Assembly: GCF_004353825.1 (NCBI RefSeq)
Contig: NZ_SMNA01000003.1
Span: 62,001-126,000, forward strand
Source: Occultella glacieicola
GTDB lineage: Bacteria; Actinomycetota; Actinomycetes; Actinomycetales; Beutenbergiaceae
Direction of reading: 5' to 3'
Length of the DNA stretch: 64,000 nucleotides
Under the pieces are notes generated by a model. The model made no database searches. It had not been told where the DNA came from and worked only from the letters and a program-made list of their open reading frames with translations. The position numbers and the translations under genes were made by a program. Positions 1 through 8,877 of the stretch are shown one piece after another (position 1 is the first letter of the stretch; the number at the start of each line of letters is the position of its first letter).

Positions 1-1412
1 TCCTCACCGAGGTCGAGGTCGGCCAGCGAGGACAGGGTGCCGCGGATCGCGGTGGCGGCGGCCACCAGCGGGGACACCAGGTGGGTGCGGCCACCCTTGC
101 CCTGGCGGCCCTCGAAGTTGCGGTTCGAGGTGGACGCGGCCCGCTCCCCCGGCTTGAGCTGGTCGGGGTTCATGCCCAGGCACATCGAACAGCCGGCGTT
201 GCGCCACTCGGCCCCGAAGTCGAGGAAGATCCGGTCCAGGCCCTCGGCCTCGGCCTGTAGCCGCACCCGCGCGGAGGCGGGCACCACCAGGACGCGGACG
301 TCGTCGGCCTTCTTGCGGCCCTTGACGACCTTGGCGACCGAGCGCAGGTCCTCGATCCGCCCGTTCGTGCAGGAGCCGATGAAGACGGTGTCCACGTGGA
401 TGTCGCGCAGCGGCGTCCCGGGCACCAGGCCCATGTACTCGATGGCCCGCTCGGCGGTGGTGCGCTCGTTGTCGTCGCCGATCTCCTCGGGCACCGGCAC
501 GTTCGCCGACAGCGGCAGCCCCTGGCCCGGGTTCGTGCCCCACGTGATGAACGGCTCCAGGTCGGCGGCCTTCAGCACCACCTCGGCGTCGAAGGTCGCG
601 TCGTCGTCGGAGCGCAGCGTCCGCCAGTACTCGACGGCGGCGTCCCAGTCGGCCCCCTCGGGGGCGTGCGGGCGGCCCTTGAGATAGTCGAACGTGGTCT
701 GGTCCGGCGCGATCATGCCGGCCCGCGCGCCCGCCTCGATCGACATGTTGCAGATCGTCATCCGCGCCTCCATGGAGAGCTTGCGGATCGCCTCGCCCCG
801 GTACTCGAGCACGTAGCCCTGACCGCCGCCGGTGCCGATCTTGGCGATGATCGCCAGGATGATGTCCTTGGACGTCGCGCCGGGCGGCAGTTCGCCGTCG
901 ACCGTGATCGCCATCGTCCTGAACGGGGCCAGCGGCAGCGTCTGGGTGGCGAGGACGTGCTCGACCTCGCTGGTGCCGATCCCGAAGGCGAGCGCTCCGA
1001 ACGCGCCGTGGGTGGAGGTGTGGGAGTCGCCGCACACGACCGTGAGGCCGGGCATGGTCAGCCCGAGCTGCGGGCCCACCTGGTGCACGATGCCCTGGTC
1101 GGCGTCGCCGAGCGAGTGCAGCCGGATGCCGAACTCCTTGGCGTTGGCCCGCAGGGTGTCGATCTGGGTCCGGCTGGTCAGGTCCGCGATCGGCAGGTCG
1201 ATGTCCAGGGTGGGGGTGTTGTGGTCCTCGGTGGCGAGGGTCAGGTCCGGGCGGCGGACCGTCCGGCCGGCGAGGCGAAGGCCCTCGAACGCCTGCGGGC
1301 TGGTCACCTCGTGGACCAGGTGGAGGTCGATGTAGAGCAGGTCCGGAACACCGTCCGCTCCCTTGCGGACCACGTGGTCCTGCCACACCTTCTCAGCCAG
1401 AGTTCCGGCCAT
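1..1412 (-). CDS. leuC: 3-isopropylmalate dehydratase large subunit (3' end runs off window)
   Basis: Manual translation from ATG 1412: [37 protein letters not shown]; later [38 protein letters not shown]. Not in the ORF track because there is no stop codon inside the window. Confidence 0.97.
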   Translation of the reverse strand, partial: MAGTLAEKVWQDHVVRKGADGVPDLLYIDLHLVHEVTSPQAFEGLRLAGRTVRRPDLTLATEDHNTPTLDIDLPIADLTSRTQIDTLRANAKEFGIRLHSLGDADQGIVHQVGPQLGLTMPGLTVVCGDSHTSTHGAFGALAFGIGTSEVEHVLATQTLPLAPFRTMAITVDGELPPGATSKDIILAIIAKIGTGGGQGYVLEYRGEAIRKLSMEARMTICNMSIEAGARAGMIAPDQTTFDYLKGRPHAPEGADWDAAVEYWRTLRSDDDATFDAEVVLKAADLEPFITWGTNPGQGLPLSANVPVPEEIGDDNERTTAERAIEYMGLVPGTPLRDIHVDTVFIGSCTNGRIEDLRSVAKVVKGRKKADDVRVLVVPASARVRLQAEAEGLDRIFLDFGAEWRNAGCSMCLGMNPDQLKPGERAASTSNRNFEGRQGKGGRTHLVSPLVAAATAIRGTLSSLADLDLGE

Positions 1413-1476
1413 GTCACGTCACCTTCTTCGTTCTGAACCCCGTGGGTGTCGGGGCTGTGTTGCCATCCGGACTTGC

Positions 1477-1493
1477 GTCTCACGGTGCGAGAC
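1477..1493. promoter_or_regulatory. Palindromic putative IclR/NdgR operator between leuC and the regulator
   Basis: GTCTCACGGTGCGAGAC: GTCTC-N7-GAGAC inverted repeat in the divergent promoter, just upstream of the CAATAT -10 box (1496-1501). Confidence 0.65.
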
Positions 1494-1507
1494 GGCAATA
1501 TCGACCT

Positions 1508-2230
1508 ATGGACAACTCTAGCGGAGTCGGCGTTCTTGACAAGGCGGCCATCGTCCTGGGTGCTCTCGAGGCGGGCCCCGCGACCCTGGCCCAGTTGGTG
1601 GCGGCGACCCATCTCGCCCGCCCCACGGCGCACCGCCTCGCGGTCGCGCTCGAACACCACCGCCTCGTCTCCCGCGACATGCAGGGCCGGTTCGTGCTCG
1701 GCCCACGCCTGGCCGAGCTCGCGTCGGCGGCCGGCGAGGACCGCCTGCTCGCCGCGGCAGGGTCGGTGCTGCTGGCCCTGCGCGACCACACCGGGGAGAG
1801 CGCGCAGTTGTTCCGTCGCCAGGGCGATCAGCGCATCTGCGTCGCTGCCGCGGAGAAGCAGATGGGCCTGCGCGACTCGATCCCGGTCGGCGCCACGCTC
1901 TCGATGCTGGCCGGCTCGGCGGCGCAGATCCTGCTCGCCTGGGAGGAGCCCGACCGTCTGCACCGCGGCCTGCACGGCGCGAAGTTCACGGCCACGATCC
2001 TGTCCGGTGTGCGCCGGCGCGGCTGGGCGCAGAGCGTCAGCGAGCGCGAGGTCGGCGTCGCCTCGGTGTCGGCGCCCGTGCGGGGCCCGTCCGGCCGGGT
2101 GATCGCCGCGGTGTCGGTGTCCGGGCCGATCGAGCGGATGACCCGCCAGCCCGGCCGCGTGCACGCGAATGCCGTGATGGCTGCCGCGAACCGGCTCACC
2201 GACGTGCTGCGCGCCACCGAGGACAGCTGA
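1508..2230 (+). CDS. IclR-family regulator (NdgR/LtbR-like) of leuCD
   Basis: MDNSSGVGVLDKA N-terminus, HTH RPTAHRLAVALE, C-terminal IAAVSVSGP. Divergent from leuC; leaderless start 6 nt after CAATAT. Confidence 0.93.
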   Translation: MDNSSGVGVLDKAAIVLGALEAGPATLAQLVAATHLARPTAHRLAVALEHHRLVSRDMQGRFVLGPRLAELASAAGEDRLLAAAGSVLLALRDHTGESAQLFRRQGDQRICVAAAEKQMGLRDSIPVGATLSMLAGSAAQILLAWEEPDRLHRGLHGAKFTATILSGVRRRGWAQSVSEREVGVASVSAPVRGPSGRVIAAVSVSGPIERMTRQPGRVHANAVMAAANRLTDVLRATEDS

Positions 2231-2287
2231 GCCCTCCCGGCCCGGCCACACTCACCACTGTGCCATGGCGCTCGTGGGCGGCACGGC

Positions 2288-3283
2288 TCAACCCAGCAGT
2301 GCCGCGGCGGTGACCAGCACCTGGCGCTCCCGGGCCTCGTGCTCGCGCAGCCGGTCGGCGAGTTCGGCCAGGTCCTCCGGCGGCGGGCCGGGTTCGCCGA
2401 CGGCCCGCGCCACCGCGGCCGCGCTTCCGGCGGCGACCGCTGCGCGGTGCACGATCAGGGCCCGGTGGTCGACCGCGACGCCGGAGGCGTCCTCGTAGCC
2501 GCTCAGGAACGAGCGCAGGAGGCCGGGCGCCCCCGGGTTCGACGCCCAGTCGTCGAAGACGTCGCGGGTCGCCGCGGCCACGTCGGCCACCGCCGGCATC
2601 GGGCCCGACTCGTCGAGGTCGAAACACACCACGCGCTCGGAACGCCACCGGAGGTTGTCGAGCTCGAAGTCACCGTGCCCGACGACCGTCGGCCCGGTCG
2701 CCAGAGCCCGGGAGGCGGTTCGGACGGTCCGCGCGGCGGCGGCCACCCGAGGGTCGGGGTCCGCGCCGAGCGCCTCGAGGTCGGCGTCGTGTCGAGGCGA
2801 TTGTGCCGCTCCTGCCGCTCCTGCCGGTCCTGCCGCGCGATGGAACCCCGCCAGGGCCGTACCCCAGGCGAACGCCCGGGCCTCGTCGAGGTCGTCCACG
2901 TCATACTCCTCGCCCTCGACCCGCAGCACCGCCGCCGCCACCATCTCGCCGGCGGCGGTCGGCACCCGCTCGACGACCCGACCGGCGCGTGAGACCACCG
3001 GACCGGCCACCGCGGCGGACCGTTCTCGAAGCCGTTCCTGGAGGGCAGCGCCCTGGGCGAGCCTGGCTCCGGCCGGATCGGACGCCGGCGCGAACCGCAC
3101 GTACAGGACGCCGCGCTCGTCCACGCCATCGGGCAGCACGAACACGTGGCTGGCCGAGGATCGCCACCAGCGCAGCGACCCGGGGTCGAGCGCCCAGCGC
3201 CCGCCCACCCGGTCGGCGATCTCCGAGCGCCAAGCCTCGTCGACCGTGGCCCTCATCGCGGCGATCTCGCCGAGTCTCATCAT
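2288..3283 (-). CDS. APH/choline-kinase-fold phosphotransferase
   Basis: HGDFELDNL catalytic loop and downstream FDLD metal-binding motif. Confidence 0.8.
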   Translation of the reverse strand: MMRLGEIAAMRATVDEAWRSEIADRVGGRWALDPGSLRWWRSSASHVFVLPDGVDERGVLYVRFAPASDPAGARLAQGAALQERLRERSAAVAGPVVSRAGRVVERVPTAAGEMVAAAVLRVEGEEYDVDDLDEARAFAWGTALAGFHRAAGPAGAAGAAQSPRHDADLEALGADPDPRVAAAARTVRTASRALATGPTVVGHGDFELDNLRWRSERVVCFDLDESGPMPAVADVAAATRDVFDDWASNPGAPGLLRSFLSGYEDASGVAVDHRALIVHRAAVAAGSAAAVARAVGEPGPPPEDLAELADRLREHEARERQVLVTAAALLG

Positions 3284-3372
3284 GGGCCCGAGTCTGTGGC
3301 GTGACCGGGCCGCGCGTCGACGTGATTTCCCCGGCCGCGACCGACGGGCCGGGACGGCGGCTCAGCCCTCGG

Positions 3373-5442
3373 TCAGCCCTGCGCGCCCTGGAGGAAGGCC
3401 GAGATCAGCGGCCCGGAAGTGGCCGACCCGTACGCGCCCACCTCCACGAACGCGGCGACGGCGAGATCGCCCTGGTAGGCGATCATCCAGGCGTGGGTCT
3501 GGTCGGCGTCGCCGAACTCGGCGGTGCCGCTCTTGGCGCCGACCTCCTCGCCGGGCAGGCCGCTCAACTGGGTCGCCGTGCCGTAGGAGACGACGGCGCG
3601 CATCGCCGCGCGTAGCTGGGCCGCCTCCTCGTTCGTGAGGGGCACGATCTCGTCCGCGGTGCCGTCGCCGGTCGCGTCGGTCGCGTCGTCGGTCGCCGCG
3701 TCCTCGTCGGTGGCCCCCTGCTCGTCGGTCGCCGCGGCGCCGTCCGTCGCCGCTTCGTCGCCCGGGGCGCTCGCGTCCTCGCCCTCGGCGGACGGCTCCC
3801 CCTCCGGGAGGTTGAGCAGGAACGGCTGCACGGTCGAACCGGCCGCCACGGAGGCCGCGACCGTGGCCATCGCCAGCGGCGAGGCGAGTACCTGACCCTG
3901 ACCGATCAGATCGGCGGCGTGCAGGGTCCCGGCGGCCTCGGTCGGCACCGACCCGAGGAAGCTCGGGAAGCCCAGCTCGGGGGTCGCGCCGAGGCCGAGG
4001 GAGGCCGCCGCGGCCGCGAGGTCGGCGGTCCCGATCCGGTCCGCCTCGGCGATCAGGGCCGTGTTGCACGAGTGGGCGATCGCCGTCTCGAGCGTGATGT
4101 CGCCGAGCCCGGCGGCCGGGTAGCCGGGGTAGTTGGAGAACTCCCGCCCGTCCACCGTGACGGTCTCGGTGCAGGAGACCGTGTCGTCGAGTTCCAGGCC
4201 CGAGCGCAACAGCGCGAGCAGCGTGACGATCTTGAACGTGGAGCCGGGCGCGTACTGGCCGACGGTCGCCGTCGACAGTCCTTCCCCGCCCGGGCCGCTG
4301 GCGGCGGCCAGGATCTCGCCGGTGGAGGGCCGGATCGCCACGAGTGCGCTGGCCGGGACGATCGGGGCGACGATCGACTCGGCGAGGATCTGCAGGTCGA
4401 TGTCGAGGGTCGTGGCCAGGGCCGTGCCCTGGACCGCGTCCGCCGCGTACACCTCGGTGACGGTCTCGCCGTCGACGAGGGAGACGACGGTGCCGCGGAT
4501 GCCGCGCAACTGGTCGTCGTAGGCGCGCTGCAGGCCGGACCGGCCGACCATGTCGCCCTCGACGACGAGGCCGTCGGACTCCTCGATGATCTCGGCGGTG
4601 GCCTCCCCCACCCGGCCGAGGATCGGCCCGGCGAAGCCCTCGGTCGGGCCGAGCTGGCGCTCGTCGGAGAGCATGTTCACCCCGGGCAGGGCGCGCACGG
4701 CGCTCAGGTCGATGGTGCCGGGGTCCTCCTGGGCCACGACCACGGCCTCCAGGTACGCGCGCGGGCCGGCCGCGAGGACCCGGTCGGCGTAGGCCTGCGG
4801 GTCGGAGAGCCCCACCGCCTCGGCGAGCGCGAGCGCGGCCGGCTCCCACTCGTCCGCGCCGATGAAGGTCTTGTCGATCCCGATCCGGAACACGTTCCGG
4901 TTCGTGACGATCACCGCGTCACCGCCACCGAGCACCTCTCCGCGGGCGGGCTGGGTGCGGGCCACGTCGTACACGCCGGTCTCGCCGAGCTCGGCGCCGA
5001 GCAGGTCGCGCGCCCAGGTGGCCGACCAGGTCTCGTCGGACTCGACCAGGTGCACCGAGACGGGGTAGGACCAGTCGTCCTCGGTCCCCTCGATGTCCCA
5101 GGTCCAGCTGAGCGCGGCGTCGGCGGCCCGGCCCTCGCCCTCGTCGTAGACGCTGCTCACCCAGGACACCTCGACCGCGCGCGGGATGCCCGCCAGCGCG
5201 CCGAGCACGGCCTCGGTGTCGGCGACCGCGAGGGCGCGGTCCTCGGTGGTCAGTGGGGCGTCGTCGTAGGTCCCGGCGGTCAGCGCGTCGGCGACGGCCA
5301 GTGCGGCGACCTCCTGCGGCGGGAGCGAGTCGTCCCCGCCGTCCGGGTCGGCGTCGGTGCAGGCAGCAAGGCCCCCGGCGACCAGGGCGAGGGTCAGCCC
5401 GATCCCGATCCGCCGGTCGAACCGAACCGAACCTGCCGCCAT
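3373..5442 (-). CDS. Lipoprotein class B-like penicillin-binding protein (transpeptidase)
   Basis: Lipobox LAAC; motifs PGSTFK (SxxK), HSCN (SxN) and KSGT; GAGGAG RBS before ATG 5442. Confidence 0.9.
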   Translation of the reverse strand: MAAGSVRFDRRIGIGLTLALVAGGLAACTDADPDGGDDSLPPQEVAALAVADALTAGTYDDAPLTTEDRALAVADTEAVLGALAGIPRAVEVSWVSSVYDEGEGRAADAALSWTWDIEGTEDDWSYPVSVHLVESDETWSATWARDLLGAELGETGVYDVARTQPARGEVLGGGDAVIVTNRNVFRIGIDKTFIGADEWEPAALALAEAVGLSDPQAYADRVLAAGPRAYLEAVVVAQEDPGTIDLSAVRALPGVNMLSDERQLGPTEGFAGPILGRVGEATAEIIEESDGLVVEGDMVGRSGLQRAYDDQLRGIRGTVVSLVDGETVTEVYAADAVQGTALATTLDIDLQILAESIVAPIVPASALVAIRPSTGEILAAASGPGGEGLSTATVGQYAPGSTFKIVTLLALLRSGLELDDTVSCTETVTVDGREFSNYPGYPAAGLGDITLETAIAHSCNTALIAEADRIGTADLAAAAASLGLGATPELGFPSFLGSVPTEAAGTLHAADLIGQGQVLASPLAMATVAASVAAGSTVQPFLLNLPEGEPSAEGEDASAPGDEAATDGAAATDEQGATDEDAATDDATDATGDGTADEIVPLTNEEAAQLRAAMRAVVSYGTATQLSGLPGEEVGAKSGTAEFGDADQTHAWMIAYQGDLAVAAFVEVGAYGSATSGPLISAFLQGAQG

Positions 5443-5530
5443 GTCGCTCTCCTCGTTGTGGGCCGGCACGAGCGTAACCCGGCCCATACCGAGATCAGGC
5501 GCAGTGACGCGGGCGCGAGAGCGGACATGA

Positions 5531-5563
5531 CGAAGGCCCCCGCTCGATGAGCGGGGGCCTTCG
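5531..5563 (-). terminator. GC-rich hairpin downstream of tRNA-Glu, likely intrinsic terminator
   Basis: CGAAGGCCCCCGCTC-GAT-GAGCGGGGGCCTTCG, a perfect 15-bp stem. The U-tract is weak. Confidence 0.75.
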
Positions 5564-5568
5564 GTTTG

Positions 5569-5641
5569 TAGCCCCGACCGGATTCGAACCGGCGCTACCG
5601 CCGTGAGAGGGCGGCGTCCTAGGCCACTAGACGACGGGGCC
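5569..5641 (-). tRNA. tRNA-Glu(CTC)
   Basis: Reverse complement GGCCCCGTCGTCTAGTGGCCTAGGACGCCGCCCTCTCACGGCGGTAGCGCCGGTTCGAATCCGGTCGGGGCTA folds as a cloverleaf with anticodon CTC. CCA is not encoded. Confidence 0.97.
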
Positions 5642-5694
5642 GTGCACTGGAAGATCATAGCGGACACTCACAGGAGCGCTTGCCATGCCAACCG

Positions 5695-5766
5695 CTGGGG
5701 TACCAGGACTCGAACCTAGACTAACTGGACCAGAACCAGTCGTGCTGCCAATTACACCATACCCCA
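5695..5766 (-). tRNA. tRNA-Gln(CTG)
   Basis: Reverse complement TGGGGTATGGTGTAATTGGCAGCACGACTGGTTCTGGTCCAGTTAGTCTAGGTTCGAGTCCTGGTACCCCAG; anticodon CTG. Confidence 0.97.
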
Positions 5767-5835
5767 TGGGGGTATAACGTCCGGCCCGGATGCAGGCGTG
5801 CCGCACCCGAAACGTGAACGTCGTACCGGCGAGGA

Positions 5836-5864
5836 ACTCTACCCGAGCCGGGCCTGTAGGCCAA
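5836..5864 (-). promoter_or_regulatory. Housekeeping-sigma promoter for the tRNA-Gln/Glu operon
   Basis: Minus strand TTGGCC-N17-TAGAGT. Confidence 0.7.
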
Positions 5865-5885
5865 AACCCGGGGCCGTGGGCAACG

Positions 5886-6878
5886 TCACACGGCGAGCAG
5901 CCCTTCGATGGTGGATCGGGTCACCCGCCGGTCGAGGAACTCCGCCACGCCGGCCTCGCTGCGGTTCCGCTCCTCGCCCCGCAGCCACGAGCGCACGTGT
6001 AGTTCCAGGATGTGACCGAGCACACACACCACCATCGAGAAGTCCCCCGGCTCGCGCAGCCGGGCCGGCCCACCGGCGTCGGCGTAGGCGTCGAGAAGGC
6101 GCCGGGCGCGGCCCGGGTCCACGCGCCCGGCGGCGTCGGTCGCGAACTCGGTGAGCACCATCGCGAGCTCGCCGGCCGGGTCGGCCGGGCCGGCGTTGTC
6201 CCAGTCGATCACGCACAACCGCCCGCCCGGTGTGGTGCGCACGTTGTCCGCCCACAGGTCCCGGTGGCAGATCCGAAGGCCCGACGGCGGCCGCACCAGG
6301 TCCTCGAGGTCGCTCACCGACGCGGTCACGGCGGTGAGGTCGGCGGCGAACGGCGCCCCGCCGTCGCTGGCCGCCCGGGCGAGCGCGGCCCAGGCTCGCT
6401 CCCCGACGGTCTCGGTGTACCACGGGTCCACCGCCTCCGTGGTGGGCGCACCGACGCGGTGCACGAGGCCGAGCACGCGCCCGACGGCGCCCGGGTCGAT
6501 GCCGAGGTCGGCGTCGTCGAGGTCCACCCAGGCGTAGACGCGGACCTGGGTGGGCGCGTCCGCGGGGCGTCCGGCAGCCAGATCGGTGAGCAGGTCCCCC
6601 GCCGTCGTCCGCAGCGCCGCCGGGGCGAGCACGCCCACGTCGATCGCGGCCCGGGTGAACGCGGCGTTGGCACGCATCTCACCCTCGTCCTGGGGGCGCA
6701 GTGGCACCTTGACCGCGTAGTCACCATCGCTGGTGCGCAGCCGCCACACGGCGCCCTGCATGCCGGTGGCCGTGGGACCGGTCAGGGACGCGACCGGGCC
6801 GAGCCGGTACCGCTGCGCGATCGTGGCCGCGTCCGCCCAGGTCAGCATCGGCACCCCGGGGTTCGGTGTGTCGTTCAC
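5886..6878 (-). CDS. APH-family phosphotransferase
   Basis: YAVK, HRDLWADN and IDWD motifs. The GTG start overlaps the response-regulator stop (GTGA). Confidence 0.85.
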   Translation of the reverse strand: MNDTPNPGVPMLTWADAATIAQRYRLGPVASLTGPTATGMQGAVWRLRTSDGDYAVKVPLRPQDEGEMRANAAFTRAAIDVGVLAPAALRTTAGDLLTDLAAGRPADAPTQVRVYAWVDLDDADLGIDPGAVGRVLGLVHRVGAPTTEAVDPWYTETVGERAWAALARAASDGGAPFAADLTAVTASVSDLEDLVRPPSGLRICHRDLWADNVRTTPGGRLCVIDWDNAGPADPAGELAMVLTEFATDAAGRVDPGRARRLLDAYADAGGPARLREPGDFSMVVCVLGHILELHVRSWLRGEERNRSEAGVAEFLDRRVTRSTIEGLLAV

Positions 6879-7621
6879 CGGTCCCCTCCCTCGAGCAGGC
6901 CGAGATCGAGAGCCCGCAGCACCGCGCGGGTGCGGTCCCGGACGCCGAGCTTCGCGAACACGCTGGACAGGTGGTTCTTGACGGTGCCCGCGGCCAGGTG
7001 CAGGGCGGTGCCGATCTCGGCGTTGGAGTACCCGGCCGCGGCCAGTCGCAGGACGTCCAGCTCCCGCGCCGTGAGCGACTCCGGACGCTCGATCCCGGTG
7101 ACGGTGCCGGCTCGAGCGGCGGCCGCGCGGAACAGCCGGTCGGTCAGGCCGGGCTGGAGGAGGGTGCCGCCGCCGGCGAGGGTACCGATGGCGTCGACGA
7201 GTTGGTCCAGGGTGACGTCCTTGAGGAGATAGCCCTTCGCACCGGCGCGCAGGGCCCGGAGCACGAGCTCGTCGTCGTCGAACGTGGTCAGCACGAGGAC
7301 CGGGACGTCCGAGCCGAGTTCGGCGAGTGCCTCCAGGGTGGCGAGGCCGTCCCGACGCGGCATCCGCAGGTCGAGCAGCAGCACGTCCACGTCGGTGCCG
7401 CCGAGCAGCTCGAGGGCCTCGTCGCCGTCGCCCGCCTCACCGACCACGGTGACCTCGTCAGTGAGCGAGAGCAGGCTCAGGATGCCCTGGCGCACGAGCG
7501 TCTGGTCGTCGACGACCGCCACCCGGATCGGCACTCCGCGACCGACGCCGCCGCCGTCACGCGTCCCGTCGGGGTGCCGGCTCGCGGGATCGGCGCCCGC
7601 GCCGTCGGGCCGGCCCGTCAC
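6875..7621 (-). CDS. NarL/LuxR-family response regulator
   Basis: Receiver motifs VAVVDDQ, LLDLRMP, LTTFDDD, GYLLK; HTH LTARELDVL..SNAEIG..TVKNH. The exact start is uncertain. Confidence 0.95.
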   Translation of the reverse strand: MTGRPDGAGADPASRHPDGTRDGGGVGRGVPIRVAVVDDQTLVRQGILSLLSLTDEVTVVGEAGDGDEALELLGGTDVDVLLLDLRMPRRDGLATLEALAELGSDVPVLVLTTFDDDELVLRALRAGAKGYLLKDVTLDQLVDAIGTLAGGGTLLQPGLTDRLFRAAAARAGTVTGIERPESLTARELDVLRLAAAGYSNAEIGTALHLAAGTVKNHLSSVFAKLGVRDRTRAVLRALDLGLLEGGDR

Positions 7622-8730
7622 GCCGGTCCCGCCGTCAGCAGCACCCGGAACCCCGCGCCGGGCTCGGAGGCCAGGGCGAGCGACCCACCGATCGCCTCGG
7701 CCCGCTCGGCCATCCCGCGTAGACCGTTGCCCCGCTCGATCGCCCCGGTACCGGAGCCGTCGTCCTCCGCCGACAGCCTGAGCCCGTCCTCATCGGAGCG
7801 GACGTCGATCCACAGCCGGGTGGCGCGCGCGTGCCGCAGGGTGTTCGTGAGGATCTCCTGGACGCAGCGCACCACGACCAGGGCACGTTCCTCGTCGAGC
7901 GGGCGCACCTCTGCCACGGACAGGCCGACCGACAGGCCCGGCACGTCGGAGACGATGGCACGTAGGGTCGGCTCGAGCCCGATCGGTGCGTCCCGCAGCT
8001 CGCCGACCGTCGCCCGCACGTCGGTGAGCAGGTCCTTGGCGATGCCGCGCGCTCGCGCAACGTGCTCCAGGCTCTCACCGGTACTCCGGTGAGCGGCCAC
8101 CTCAAGCTCGAGCGCCAGTGCGGTCAGCTGATGGCCGAGCAGGTCGTGCAGCTCCCGGGCGATCCGGAGCCGCTCGGCGGACCTGCTGGTCGTCTCCAAC
8201 ACGGCCGCCGTGGCGCGCAGTTCGGCGTGGGCCACGGCGAGTTCCTCGCGGGACCGTGCCTCCTTGCGTGCCGACCCGATCACCAGCGCCGCGAACGCCT
8301 GGAACGCGAAATAGGTGACCGTGGTGAGAACGACGTCCGGAACGCTCGCCCCGCTCAGGGCGCTGCCGATGGACACGGCGAGGGTCTGCGCCACGACCAC
8401 GGCCGCGACCCACCGGGGCTCGAGCCCGTAGGCGGCGGTTGCCGCGGTGACCACGAGCAGCACCGAACTCCACCCGAGCTGAGGTTCGGCCAGCCAGACC
8501 GTGATCCCACTGACCATCAGGATCGCGACCACCGGCCGCTCGGGCAGCAGCGCGCGGAAGAACATCTCGGTGTCCAGGGCGAACGTGAGCGCGAACACGG
8601 CGTAGGCGACCCACCAGACGACGGCCGAGGGGCCCTCGAGCGAGCCGGCGGCGAACGTCGTGACCCCGACGGCGAGCGTCGCGAGCAGCCCCGCGCCGGC
8701 GCTCATCCGTTCCGCCGTGCCAGGGACCAT
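7618..8730 (-). CDS. DesK-like (HisKA_3) membrane sensor histidine kinase
   Basis: Several TM helices, ERLRIARELHDLLGH, QEILTNTLRHA, DDGSG, GNGLRGMAER. TAGAGT -10 box lies 7 nt before ATG 8730. Confidence 0.93.
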   Translation of the reverse strand: MVPGTAERMSAGAGLLATLAVGVTTFAAGSLEGPSAVVWWVAYAVFALTFALDTEMFFRALLPERPVVAILMVSGITVWLAEPQLGWSSVLLVVTAATAAYGLEPRWVAAVVVAQTLAVSIGSALSGASVPDVVLTTVTYFAFQAFAALVIGSARKEARSREELAVAHAELRATAAVLETTSRSAERLRIARELHDLLGHQLTALALELEVAAHRSTGESLEHVARARGIAKDLLTDVRATVGELRDAPIGLEPTLRAIVSDVPGLSVGLSVAEVRPLDEERALVVVRCVQEILTNTLRHARATRLWIDVRSDEDGLRLSAEDDGSGTGAIERGNGLRGMAERAEAIGGSLALASEPGAGFRVLLTAGPA

Positions 8731-8767
8731 GCCCCGAACTCTAGCCAGCAGCGACCACAGGGCGGAT

Positions 8768-8785
8768 GTGCCATGAGTCATGGGT
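8768..8785 (+). repeat. Left copy of 18-bp direct repeat flanking the arylsulfatase
   Basis: GTGCCATGAGTCATGGGT versus GTGCCATTGGTCATGGGT at 11307-11324 (16/18 identical). Confidence 0.75.
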
Positions 8786-8877
8786 GCGCTCATCCCGCGC
8801 GGGTGATGCTCCGCACCCCGGGGGCACGGTCGGATGGTGGGTGATTGCCCAGCGTGTCGACCCGAGGGAGCACACCG

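Noticed and set aside
4..1386. 460-aa minus-strand ORF in the track
   Set aside because: Wrong-frame shadow of leuC with Arg/Pro/Gly-rich nonsense composition.
1413..1507. Leucine attenuator or T-box upstream of leuC
   Set aside because: No Leu-rich leader peptide or T-box motif in this 95-nt divergent region. The IclR-type palindrome is sufficient explanation.
2231..5641. Integrative element at the tRNA-Glu 3' end
   Set aside because: I found no duplicated tRNA 3' segment (att site) and no integrase or transposase.
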